In this document: piece by piece, positions 44,101 through 56,470 of the stretch
Numbering within the stretch: position 1 is the stretch's first letter
Layout of the letters: every line of letters begins with the position of its first letter
DNA from: the human T2T-CHM13v2.0 reference genome, Homo sapiens
DNA: 64,000 bases
NCBI RefSeq assembly: GCF_009914755.1
Contig: NC_060932.1
Direction: 5' to 3' (one strand)
Translations under genes and position numbers: made by a program
The notes under the pieces: model-generated
Databases searched by the model: none
Told to the model about the DNA's origin: nothing
What the model saw: the letters and a program-made list of their open reading frames with translations, nothing else

Positions 44101-47027
44101 TCTTTTATAAGGGCAGCCATTGGCTCAATGGTTTGCAGAATTATTTTGAAAGAATGCTGTTGGAATTGCAGTGTTTGGGAGTGTTTCAATTGCTGGCTGC
44201 AGACATAAAAATGTCATTTAGAAACTGCACTTATTTCACTGTTTTTGTTACTGTTATTGAACAAATGGAGAATTAACTTCAAAACTCTAAAAATATTTTG
44301 TAGCTATTAGAGGGAAACAAGGTTTTAAGAAATGCTATTTGTATAAAGTACAATAAGAATTTAAGAAAATAAACAAATTATTGCAAACTTTGCCTATTGA
44401 GGCAAACTGCTTGCAGTCTTCAAGACATATTTAAGTTGCTAGGACTCATATCTTAATTATACGAAAGTTCATAAAATCTTTCAAAGTGTTTTAAGGCAGC
44501 TAGAATATCCAGAAGCTGCATACTACATCATAGATCTTAATGAGGTTGCTAATTCCTCACTCTTTTTTAAGGAAATGCTCAGTACTTTTACTCATATTCT
44601 TTCTTCCTTTGTATACTTTTTAAAGTCTCATGTAATGGGACATTTTATTTGTGTAGTGTTCTGCTAAAATCAGTATGAAATTATCACAAGAATAAACTAA
44701 AATGCATATTCATATGTAGGCTAATACTATCACGTTAAATACTAATTGTATATTCTTTCCCTATGGTTTATAGTCAACGCAATTTGGGCAAAGATATATA
44801 GGTGTCTATTTTTCTGAATAATCTACAAATACAACAGAATGTTAAAAACCCCAAACCACTAACTTGGGAAATATTCAAATTAGAATATATTGCAGTCAAA
44901 TGCAAGCATCAGTTAGGATACTGCAGCTTGTGTTATCATTAACATGTACACAAAGAAGGTAAAAATTACAATCTAGAGTCACATTAATTGCTAATATAGG
45001 CATCTTGAAACAATGGAAAAACTGAGAAGAGTGGAAAACTTTCCTGAAAATAAAGAGAAATGCTCTGAAATGGGACCAACTGAAGGTGGTACAAATGCTG
45101 TAGGATGCCCAAGGTCACACCTAGAATACAGCCTAGATCAAAACAGACCACCTGTTTCTGGGTCTAGTGTAATTTCCCTGACCCAGTGGATGCTGGGCAT
45201 TTTATTTTATCCATTTTTTTTTTCATATTTCATGTAACATTTTTTAGTCAAAATTCCATAATAATTTGCCCTGTAAGGCTTCAGGAAAACTTGTGCTTTT
45301 GCAGATTATCTGACTTTTCTATACTGGAGTGAGAATGATGCTCTTTCCAGATTTATATACTGCAAGTGGAAGCCAAAAATTCCCACAGAAGTTAATTTTC
45401 ATATTCGCCTTTTAACATACACACCTTATCATCTTCAGTCATATCAATTTTTTAAATGTCAACAAGAAACATTAAGGATTCATGGATATTTTCTTGATAA
45501 ATAAACCCAAGTCTGAAAGAAGCTTGACTTTAAAATATAAGACAGAAAGCACAGTATCTTTGGGATATATGATAAAATTTATTTTGGCCTTTAACTATGT
45601 GCACAATTACCTGTTTCTTTAACTTAGTCTCCACAAAAGGCAGCTCAATTCAGTTTTACTCTCCTACATAAAGCAAAGTTTGTGTTTTTATTTTTACTGT
45701 ACAATGTTTCTTTTTCTCTTCCAAAACAACAGCTGCTTGGGGGTCACCTTGAGCCTTAAGGAGAGTTAATATGATTGTATGTGTGACGTATTTCACTAAT
45801 ATTTTATCACTCACCTGCACAAGTTGTACTTAAAGCTAAGAACAATTTTAAATCTTCTTTATGCTAATAAAAACAAAACACATTTCATAAATTAGTTATT
45901 AATTTTCCTTGGTATGCAATCATATTAACCATGCTATTGCAATAAACCCTGTTTTATTACATTATTGCTGGTATGAAAGTACATTCATTTTAGAGAATTA
46001 ATCTTTTCTGTATAGTCAAAATTTGCAACTACATATTTTAGTGATAGATTTAAATCATACAGATAAACATCCTTTAAAACTCACTTCAGTCATTCATTGA
46101 ATATGAAGATTTAAAACCAAACTCCAAGACTGAGAGGAGTTTGCCATAATTTTAGTCTGCCTTTTTCAGTGAAAACCAGCAAATATAAGGGCCTAATTTT
46201 AAATATTTGAGGTTTAATATTATGCTACACCTTTGTCAATGAACTAGGTAAGACATTTCTGGAATCTGGTTTAAAAAGACTGAGTATTCATACAGGTTTC
46301 TCATATGTATAGGCATAATAATTTTAAAAATTTAAAAAGCTCCGATTCTTAAGTGAGCTGTTGGTAAATTCAGTGTAGCTTTATTATATGGGATTTAATA
46401 AATAATTTATTTTCCAGATTTAATTTAATGTATGTATATACTTATATTATAAATTTATTTATACTTGTATTATGTTTATCCTTAAATTTATAATACATAA
46501 AATATAGATTTATATAATACATTATTCATAAAAATAAATTAAATATTAAATGTATTTTCTATAGCAGTTATTCTCTCATTGACACCAAAATGAGTTAGAA
46601 GTGTAAATGGAGTAAATGCATGGACACAACAAAAAATGGGAATTTTGTTTTAAAAATATTACTATCACTCTTTCAAATGTCACAATAACACATCTAGTTT
46701 AATCAAAATTTCTACCTTTTTGTTTACCAATTTATAATCAACTGGCATTTATTGCCTAATACTAGGTCAAAGCATTATTCTAAAGCCATCTACTTTGCCA
46801 ATAATATATTATTTCTTAATTGATTGCTTAATACATGAATTCATTTATCCAACTAATAGAGATAGAAAAATTACTCACTTATTGTTCATTTTCTAGAAAT
46901 TGTAATCATGAAGAGAAAGTTCATTTTCTTAAATAAATCACAATCAAGAAGAGGAGACAGATATGTTAGTAACTAGTTGTAAGATAGTGATGAATATCGA
47001 TCACATATGTATGTGACTCTTCTTGTC

Positions 47028-47708
47028 TGATATGGTTTGACTGTATCCCCACTCAATTCTCATCTCGAACTGAAGTTCCCATAATCCTCCTGTGTTGTGG
47101 GAGGGACCTGGTGGGAGGTAATTCAATTATGGGGGTGGTTACTCCCATGTTGCTGTTCTCATGATAGTGAGTGAGTTCTCACAAGATCTGATGGTTTTAT
47201 AAGAGACTTTTCCCTTCCTTTGCTCTGCAGTTCCCCTTGCTGCTGCCATGTGAAGAAGGACATGTTTGCTTCCCCTTCTGCCATCATTGTAAGTTTCCTA
47301 AGGCCTCCCTACCCCTGAGGAACTGTGAGTAAATTAAACCTCTTTCCTGGCTGGGCACGGTGGCTCATGCCTGTAATCCTAGTCCTTTGAGAGTCCTAGG
47401 TGGGCAGATTGCCTGAGCTCAGGAGTTCGAGACCAGCCTGGGCAACATGATGAAACCCCATCTACTAAAAATACAAAAAGTTAGCCAGGTGTGATGGCAT
47501 GCACCTGTAGCCCCAGCTACTCAGGAGGCTGAGCCATGAAAATTGCTCAAACCCAGGAGGCAGAGGTTGCTGTGAGCCGAGATTGTGCCACTGTACTACA
47601 GCCTGGGCAACAGAGCAAGACTGTCTCAAAAAAAAATATCATTTTTCTTTTATAAATTACCCAGTCTTCGGTATGTCTTTATTAACAGCATGAGAATGAA
47701 CTAGTAGA
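47028..47708 (+). mobile_element. THE1-type MaLR solo LTR interrupted by an Alu
   Basis: tgatatggtttgactgtatcccc...aattaaacctctttc [Alu] tataaattacccagtc...cagcatgagaatgaactag. Confidence 0.88.
47349..47636 (+). mobile_element. AluS inside the THE1 LTR
   Basis: Dimeric Alu with short A-tail. Confidence 0.93.
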
Positions 47709-48575
47709 CGGTCCTTCCACTTAATGCAGTTGGGGATGTAAAACTAATATAAAGAAATTGTCTAAGACCTCTCAAGAGTGTAACCAGGATTTATTGAGAG
47801 AAAGATACACTGAGAGGTAACTTTTTTAATCCCCTTTGATTGAAAGAGAAAAGTTTTAGAATCTGACAGATTTCAATTTGAATCCTGGCTGTGATATTTA
47901 TTTGCTATATTATATTTCTGTTTGTTTATACATAAAATAAGCATAATATAAGGCTATTTTTAAAGAAATAAATAACATGTAAATTATAGCATTATAATCC
48001 ATAAATACTGCTCCCTCCCTTCTTCAGTCCTTCTTTCTGACCGTAAGTACAATTATATTCAAACAAAGAAGAGCTGGGAGGTACAGACAAGGAATAATGA
48101 ATTACCAAAAACACCTTCATAAAAACAGAACAATTTGGATTCTTCTTAAAATACAAGTAGGCTTTTGATTGATAAAGGAGAGACTGACAACTCCAATTCT
48201 GGGTGCAAGACATTAATAAAGACCTAAAAACAAAATGTAGAATAAGAAGCAGGTATTTTTAGAATAAAAATCAGAATAAGCAGGTTGTCTTCAGGGACTG
48301 TGAAAAGAGTCACATAAATGAAATGAAACTGCATATTGAGGAAGAATAGACAATTAGTTTGAAAGCTAGGAAAGAGCTTTGTGCCAGCTACTAGGGGAAT
48401 CCGAGGTTGTTGTAGGCTCTTGAGTAGGGAATGATAAATTAAAGAGGAAATTATGAGGTAAAATGGATTTGAAGAGGGACCTGCTGGAAGACTGATGGTT
48501 TTCTATGATTAAAATGAGGCAGCCTGATTTTGTGTGAAGACAATGGGAAAGGAAAATCAAGGGAAAATCTGAGAG

Positions 48576-48578
<3 letters not shown>

Positions 48579-48647
<69 letters not shown>
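48579..48647. repeat. Compound (TC)n(TG)n microsatellite
   Basis: About 19 TC units directly followed by about 15 TG units. Confidence 0.97.
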
Positions 48648-48651
<4 letters not shown>

Positions 48652-49464
48652 GTGTAGGATACAAGAGACGAAGAAAAGTGGGAAGGATACAGAACAATAC
48701 AGCAGTATAATAGGGTAGTATTAATATCAGAAATAAATACCAGATCATAGGTGACATAGTAAAGCATCAAATGAAGAGTTAGGATTTGACAGGCTGAGTT
48801 TGAATTTGTAGGTCAGTATGTTATATATAATTTTCTGGGTCTATCTGTATATGCCCATTTTGTTTGACACATACTTAGGAAATGCTTAAGGTTAGTTCTG
48901 ATGGGATGACTCAAGTAAAATGCCTTTCTCTCTTTCTGCATGGTTCAATTCCATGTATTTATACGAAATGCAAATGTGGGCAATGAAACCAAGGAGAGGT
49001 TTTCTGTATGTTTCCGGGAATGAGTGAAGTGCTGACTGATAATGGCAACATTATAGAGCAATAAATAAAACAACCCTCAGCATAGAGCTGGAAATGTGGA
49101 CAGGAGAGGGGAGATATCTAAAGATCCCATGTCTTGACTTTGATATCTTCATTGAATTCATGTATTAACAAACCTCAATATATCTTTGTAAACTAATAAT
49201 TGCTTATTGTGTATTTTGTTGCTTTTTTTTTTCGGTATGAAGGCCACAGTTGAACAAAAAGTTTAGCACAATTTTTAAAACTGTATTTTATTATTTCCCC
49301 TTTCTACTATGTCATTCACTTCTGTTTTCCTTGCCTCAGTAGTAGGCACTCCATTATATTCAATGAATATTCTTCCAATTGTTCTTCCAACTATTATTTT
49401 AGAAATATGTGTACTTCAGAGAAAAGGTTGGGTGTACTTTTTAAATGTTCTTGTTTAAAAATAA

Positions 49465-50290
49465 GTTTCATTATGTATATTTAAGGTTTATAACATGATG
49501 TTTGGAGTACGTATGTATATACAGTAAAAAGATTACTATGGTGAAGCAAATTAACATATCTATCATCTCACATAGTTACTTGTTCCTTTTTGTTTCTGTG
49601 GCAAGAGCAGCTAAGATCTGCTTATTTAGCATGAATCCCATATATGCTACAATTTCATTACCTATAGTCCTCAAGTAGTACATTAAATCTCTGGAATTGT
49701 TTGTCTTACATATCTGCTACTTTGTACCTCAGACCCAAATCCATTCCACCCTCTCCACTCCTGATAACCACTGTTTTGCTCTCTGTGTATCTATTTTTAA
49801 TTTTTTAAAAGATTGCATATATCAGTGAAACAATGCAATATCTCTCCTTCTGTCTCTGGGTTATTTCACTTAGCATAATGTTCTCCAGCCCCATCCATGT
49901 TGTGGAAAATGGCAAGAGCTCAGTCTTTTTTAAGGCTGAATCGTATTCCATTCTATATACACACCACTGTTTCTTATTTGTCCATTGATGGATATTTAAG
50001 TTGTTTCCATATTTTGGCTATTGTGAATAATGCTGTTATGAACACAGGAGTGCAGATAACTTTATGAGATGGCAATTTAATTTCCTTTGAGTATATGCCC
50101 AGAAAAGAGATTGCTGGGGCCATGTAGTAGTTCTATTTTAGATTTATTTAGAAATTTCCATAGCGTTTTACATAATAGCTGTACAAATCTACATTTTCAC
50201 CAACAATATACAAGAGTTCCCTTTTCTTCACATCCTGGCCAATATTTGTTATTTTTTGATCTTTTGATAATAGCCATCTTACTGTGTGTC
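49465..50290 (-). mobile_element. L1MA-type 3' end
   Basis: atgtatatttaaggtttataacatgatg..., ttatttcacttagcataatg, caccaacaatatacaagagttccc. Confidence 0.8.
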
Positions 50291-50557
50291 CTAATTTTCA
50301 TAATGATATTTTATGGTGACTTTCAGTTTTAACCATGATATGTAGACAACTTTAGAAGTTGTCACTTACATCCTTACAGAAAAATAAAGCTGGACAAACT
50401 AAAAAATCAATGACTTTTCTTGGATGTATCAGAAAACTGGGTTTTCAGGGCAAACCACCTCCCCCAAATCTGTATAGATAGGGGAATTAATAAAATCATA
50501 GGAAATATCTGCTTTCCTAGAGAAGAAGGTGTTATAGCTAAAAACTGGGAGGAATAG

Positions 50558-50712
50558 GGCCGGGCACGGTGGCTTATGCCTGTAATCCCAGCACTTTGGG
50601 AGGCCGAGGCGGGCGGATCACGAGGTCAGGAGATCAAGACCATCCTGGCTAACACGGTGAAACCCTTTCTCTACTAAAAATACAAAAAATATAGCTGGGC
50701 GTGGTGGCATGC
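50558..50712 (+). mobile_element. 3'-truncated young Alu (AluY-like left arm and linker)
   Basis: ggccgggcacggtggc...gggcggatcacgaggtcaggagatc..ctggctaacacggtg; stops about 20 nt into the right arm; no tail or TSD. Confidence 0.9.
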
Positions 50713-52419
50713 ATAACATGTCTACCCAAAGATTATTGAATACTCTAAAAGTACACCATTGTTATTACATTATTTACCCTTTATTGGGATTCAGACTTTG
50801 TAAAGTTATATGTTCAGTGGTTGACTTCTCTTCAGTAAAAAAGATAACTAAAAAGGTTTTCATTGCCCAGAAAGATGATGAATAAGTTTTCTCTTAGAAA
50901 ACGTATTTCAGCATTTCTTTTGTTGAATGTTTATATATAAAACTCCATTTATTGAATTTTTCTTTCAACAAGCTTTACTATGTTGCTGTTTCTCTTATTT
51001 GTGAGTTAAGACATTTTTAACACATGTTTACCATATATTTGGGTTGTGTGTATAAGAATTATATTTTGAACTAATTGAAAATTACACTTTGATGGCTGGG
51101 ATCACAATGATGAAGGTGAAATGAGTGAAGAGTTAATAGACCAATGATTAGAAATAGGATTACAGTTCTTGGTAAAAGCTTATTGACCTCCCCACAAAAA
51201 CAAACAAACAAACAACCTAATAAGACCAGTTTATATCTGTCACTAGTCCGAGGAGAAGATGACATTATTACCTTTACAGCAGAGACTAATGTGGTCATAT
51301 AAATAATGAAGTATTTAAAGACTCCTCTCTACCATATATACATATGCTATCTTGAAAATAAGCATAGTGAAAATCTCAGACTTAACATTGGTAGAACAAT
51401 GAAAGTAGGTCTGGGTCATCAGAAGAGACTGCTTAAATTACTGGAATGGAATGAGTTAACTGAAGTGGACCAAATTTAATTTTCTTGAGTTATCCAGCTG
51501 GGGATGGTGGTGCTTATGATAAATATTAGATTAGTTATAGAAAAATTAAATCTTTGTTTATTTGAACAGCTAATGCTTTGGGATATAACAGAAAAACCAT
51601 ATGGAGAAACAAAGATAAGTCTCAACTAAAGGGAATAAAAAACAAGCTGTAGTGTAACCATTAGTTAATTCAAATAAAAATTATTTATTGAGCACATACA
51701 TCAGGCAGGACATTGTGCTTTTTGCTGTACAACAGAGATTAATGAGACCTCTAGCTTTCAACTAAGGAAATCTATTGTAGGAGATGTTCATGTAAACACA
51801 GAAATTAATATGCAGTGCCTTGATAGAATTATGTATTAAGCAGAAAATGAGGAGTGATTAATTTTGTCACAATACAGTAATAAGAAAAGCCTTCCTCAAC
51901 ACGGTGAGGTATGAACTGATTTTTAAATAATGACTAGGCATATTTTAGAAAAATAGGGCACAGGGTAAGGAGAAAATATAAGACCAAGGGTGTCACCAAT
52001 ACTCGAATTTATTCCCCAGTAACTATTTCTCCTACAGGTCTTGGGTAAGTGTGAAAAGGAAAAAAGGGCTTTTTATTCACAGCATCTTAGACTTTTTATA
52101 AATTACTAGTGACTAGACTGTGGGGACCAGACAATTGCACTGCTTAGGTCCAAGTCACACAGCAAGACTTTCACAGAGAGTTTATATGATATTACCTTTA
52201 ATAGATTCACTCCAGTTCTGTCTCCTCCCCTAATCCTGAGAACTGCCTCCAATAAAGGACAAGAGGAAAAGTTCTCAATAAATAGCAGTTCCGATTACTA
52301 TTATATTCCATGATTTTTGTCATCACAGTGTTTAAAGTCATACTTTGAACATTACTATTCAAAGTATACTACATACATGTGTTAGTGTTGATAGGTTACT
52401 ATAAAAAGTAGCATTTGAC

Positions 52420-52668
52420 ATTGTCAGAATCCATATCCTATACAACACCAACAGTGAATCCTAATATAAACTATAGACTTTGGATGATAGTGACATGTCA
52501 ATGCAGGTTCGTTGATTGTAACAAATATACCACTCTTATCTGCGATATTTAGTTATATTTGGTTTGGGATGCTGTATGTGTGTGGAGTCAGGAGTTATTC
52601 GGGAACTCTCTGTACTTTCCACTCAACTTTGTTGTGAACTTGAAACTGCTCTAAAATATAAAGTCTTG
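52420..52668 (+). mobile_element. L1MC/MB-type 3' end
   Basis: cagtgaatcctaatataaactatagactttgg...gggaactctctgtactttccactcaac...ctaaaatataaagtc. Confidence 0.75.
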
Positions 52669-55489
52669 AATAAACACAGAAGAAAAAAAAGGAATAGAAG
52701 AAAACATAAAAACAAATGGTAGATATATATAAAACAATTAATGCTACCAAGAAAACAAAATTGTAGAAAATTAAAATAATGAGCAATTAAATGCAGGTAA
52801 TGAATCTATTCCACCTTCCTCCACCCCTCAGATCCAGGTAAGAAGAAAAGCACCAGTATGGGCTGGAAGATCATATTTCTTCCAAAGATCTCATGCAGCC
52901 TTTCCACACGGGGTTATATACAGAGTGAAGATAATGCAAAGACGACAAAAAAGAGAGCTCTCTTTTTTAATCAGTTTTCAGGTTTTTAAAACTAAATACC
53001 TAAAGCTCCACCTCTAGCTCTGTGGCCTCATGGCATTTTTGAGCTTAATGTATATGCTTACTCTTCATAATTAGGGTGAAAGAAATGTGAAGTTACTAGA
53101 ATAATAGCATTTAGGAGACTGTTAGCTTCTCGAGTTGCTGCAAGACGCTCTTCACCATCCACCCACAAAGCCTTATGCAGGCTCCTATTCTGGTGAGTCA
53201 GTTTGAACCATGTAAAGTTGGGGAATTTCTTCTGGCTTCTTTGACTCCTTTCCAAAGACCTTTAGCATTCTATAATTTCTGTGGCAAGAAAGATGAAATA
53301 CAAGTAAAAAGACATTTTCTTTTCAAAGCCTAGAGCAACAAGCTAAATACACCAGTTAAATTCTCTTTTTCTCTGGGCCCTATCCTAGAATCTCTGGTCT
53401 TCCCAGGACAAAGTGCCCAACTAAGTAAAAGGCTATTCATCACAAACTCATTGTGCCCACTAATCACATAGAATTTTTAATACAAAGAAGCAATCTACAG
53501 AGGTAAGCCATGGAAAAGTACCAGCCCCTTGAATATAACAGCTTTCAACCTCTTTGCCTCTCATACCAGTGACTCCTCCCAGCCCTGTAATCAGATACTT
53601 GCTTCAGCCTGATTAATACCTTTGAGCTAATGAAGAATAAAGGAAATGCTGCCCTGAGCCCTCATTAGGCCACAGTTTGGAGTTGATAGACTTAAATTCT
53701 ATTGCTGTTTCCTCAAGAAGCATCCTTGTCATTTAAGCATATAGTTATATCATTATAAATAAACTAAATGTATTTAATCTATTTAATTGGAAATTGTAAA
53801 TGTTTATTAAGCCATAAATTTGCCTGAAGTTTACTGTGGCTCTAAGAAACAGCACATATATAAAACATATGCCTTATTATTTGCAATTTCATTAAATAGT
53901 TCTTAAAATGTGTTATGAGTCTGGGTAATTTTGCATAATCTTAATTTGCAGCATTGTTCCTTCACATTTTTTTCCAGTTATTTTTCTGCATAAGCCAATA
54001 GGCCAAAATATTTTTCAAAATAAATTCTAGAAATGAGAATTTCTAAAATCATAAAGACTGTGGCATTTTTTTCATTTTGATTGTAATTATCTGTTACTAT
54101 AGTAGAACAGAAGAGGTAACATTGCATATAGATTGCTTTAACTTTTAATGAGCTTATGTCTCATCAACATTTTATTAACCTAGTAAACATAAAATAACGT
54201 CTTAGATTAGTATTTTTGATGATAACAAAATCTAAATTATAAAGCATATCTAGATGTAGTGGCAGATGAGCTTTCTGAGCATATATTCATTATTGAAATT
54301 CAAGAATATTTCTCCCAAAATATTTTTTTGCAAAATAATGTAATGCTGTAATGTGTTTGATGCCTCAAGCAAAGAAACATATTGCTTCAGAAAAACTAGA
54401 TTTTATTTGGGTTTCAGCAGTCCTTAGAATGCATTGATTTGTATGCTGTTTATGCTTCAAAATCAGCCCATGAACTTTATTCCTCTGTAGTTGACATCAC
54501 TACTGGCACACTCTTCCTCTGTGCTTCTGTTCTCATTGCATATAGAAATGAAAGGGGTTGGAAAAAAATGCTAGGAAGCAAATTGTTGTTAGGAGAACAT
54601 GTAATTTCTTTTAGCACTCTCTTTGCTAAGTTTAAAATAATAAATAATACGTCTTAGTTTTTCATCTTCTCAGGGAAATGTGTGGCTTTCAACATTTTTC
54701 TCAAAGAAATCTAATTCATGGCTTAGAAGAAGAAAATCTCCCCTTCAAATATTTTCATATTTTATTATTTTTATCTTAGAAAATAGGACTAATCATTTTT
54801 TTACAAAAGTTTAGTGCTCATCCAATTTCATGGGGTGATTGGTTCATATCACAGATGTAAAAATGCAAGTGTTGGTTATTTCATCTTTTCTAAAAATACA
54901 AACCACTGTAGGTCAGAGTAATGGCATTTGGCTTATCTCTCCAACACAAATATAACTTGGGGACCACTGATGCATTTAAGGATGGAGGTACCAATTCCTT
55001 ATGTAAAACCCTAAAGTTATTACTGACTTCTTTCTATTGTATTTCCTCTAAATAAGTATTACCAACATTCACCAGAGTGCTATTTTTTTAAATTAAAAAG
55101 TACAGGTATTACTTCTTATGCTCCACACCTTTAAAGATTAATTCATTTATCAAAAATCACGGTACTTATGACTGATAATAAAGCCATACCAAATCATGTT
55201 TTATTTATTGCAACTTATTTTACTAACGATTTCTATGTAATAGACTGGACAAAAACATTAATAAATGTTATGACATCTCATGTTTACTAAGTTAATGACT
55301 GTGTAATTGATGAGAATTTAGTCTGCATACCGTGTTTGCACTAATAAAACAATGTAATGATTATAATATAATTATATATATTTTTATTAGACACTTACTT
55401 TCTGCCATTCAATTAAATGTTTTACCCTGCACATTGTTGTAGATATTTTGATTTCTTAGAACTCTTAATTACTCCTCCCCCTTGCTATG

Positions 55490-55830
55490 CTTTACTGTGG
55501 GTAGAATATACCTATCTTCCTCACTGATTCGGGCTTGGCCATGTGACTGCTGTGGCTAATTGAATATGAGAAGATGTGACATTATGCCAAGTCCCAGCAG
55601 AGGCATTAAAAAATACATTTGTTTTATTTTTCTTCATCTCCCCTTCTTCTGCTTTCTACCTTGAGAACACATGTTCTGGATAGTGACTACTCATTAAGCT
55701 GGGGTTCTAGAGCGAGAAGACAAATGAAGCCTAGCTGAGCCCATTTGAATTAATCTGAGCAAACAGAATTTTTTTTAGGTTAAGTCTCTGATATTTTGAC
55801 TGCTTGGCGTGCTAAGTTAAATAACATAGA
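55490..55830 (+). mobile_element. Old MLT1-family MaLR LTR fragment
   Basis: gggcttggccatgtgactgctgtggctaattgaatatgag motif. Confidence 0.6.
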
Positions 55831-55914
55831 AATTTATACTAGAAATTAAATGATGATATAATAAAAAAATCTAAAAATATATGTCTCTAGATTTGAACTT
55901 GAGACAGAGTAGAT

Positions 55915-56470
55915 GTGGGACTTGGCCCCACTCCCACTAATGTATTTTTTCATGCATACCCACTAACCATCAGACCTTGCACCATCATCCCCATACTCTC
56001 TGAGATACTGCAAGTTATTAGAAAGATAGGATAAACAACATTCCATCACAAAGCTTACCCAGGACAGTCGACCCTACCACCCACATGCACACAAGATGAG
56101 GAATGTGACTGATCATAACCTTCCCCTAGGGGCAAGGTCCTGATCCTTGCTCAGGGTGGATCTTATTTGTCATTTTCTGATCATGCAGTGTATGTGTTAG
56201 TATGATTTCTTACTGTGCCTGTGCACCTGGCACTCCACTCTGCACCTGTAACGATGCTTGCTTACCTCATAGGTTATTCATGTTAGGCTCCTGAAAACAC
56301 CACAAGGACCTACCCTCCGGGAGCCAGCCAGAGAACCCTTCTTCCTGCACTGTCTCCGTTATGCCCAACATTTCTGGGCATAAGTTTTAATAAACCTTAC
56401 CTGGGAAAAGTTTGTTTGGCCTCGTGTTAATTGCTATTATATGGAGAGCCAAGAATCTCGAACCAGTAAG
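55915..56470 (+). mobile_element. LTR of a different ERV family (MER54/MER73/MER74-like) abutting the MER34 pol
   Basis: TG start, aataaa near 56388, U5-like end gagagccaagaatctcgaaccagtaaga; no visible similarity to the 61303-61804 LTR. Confidence 0.5.
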
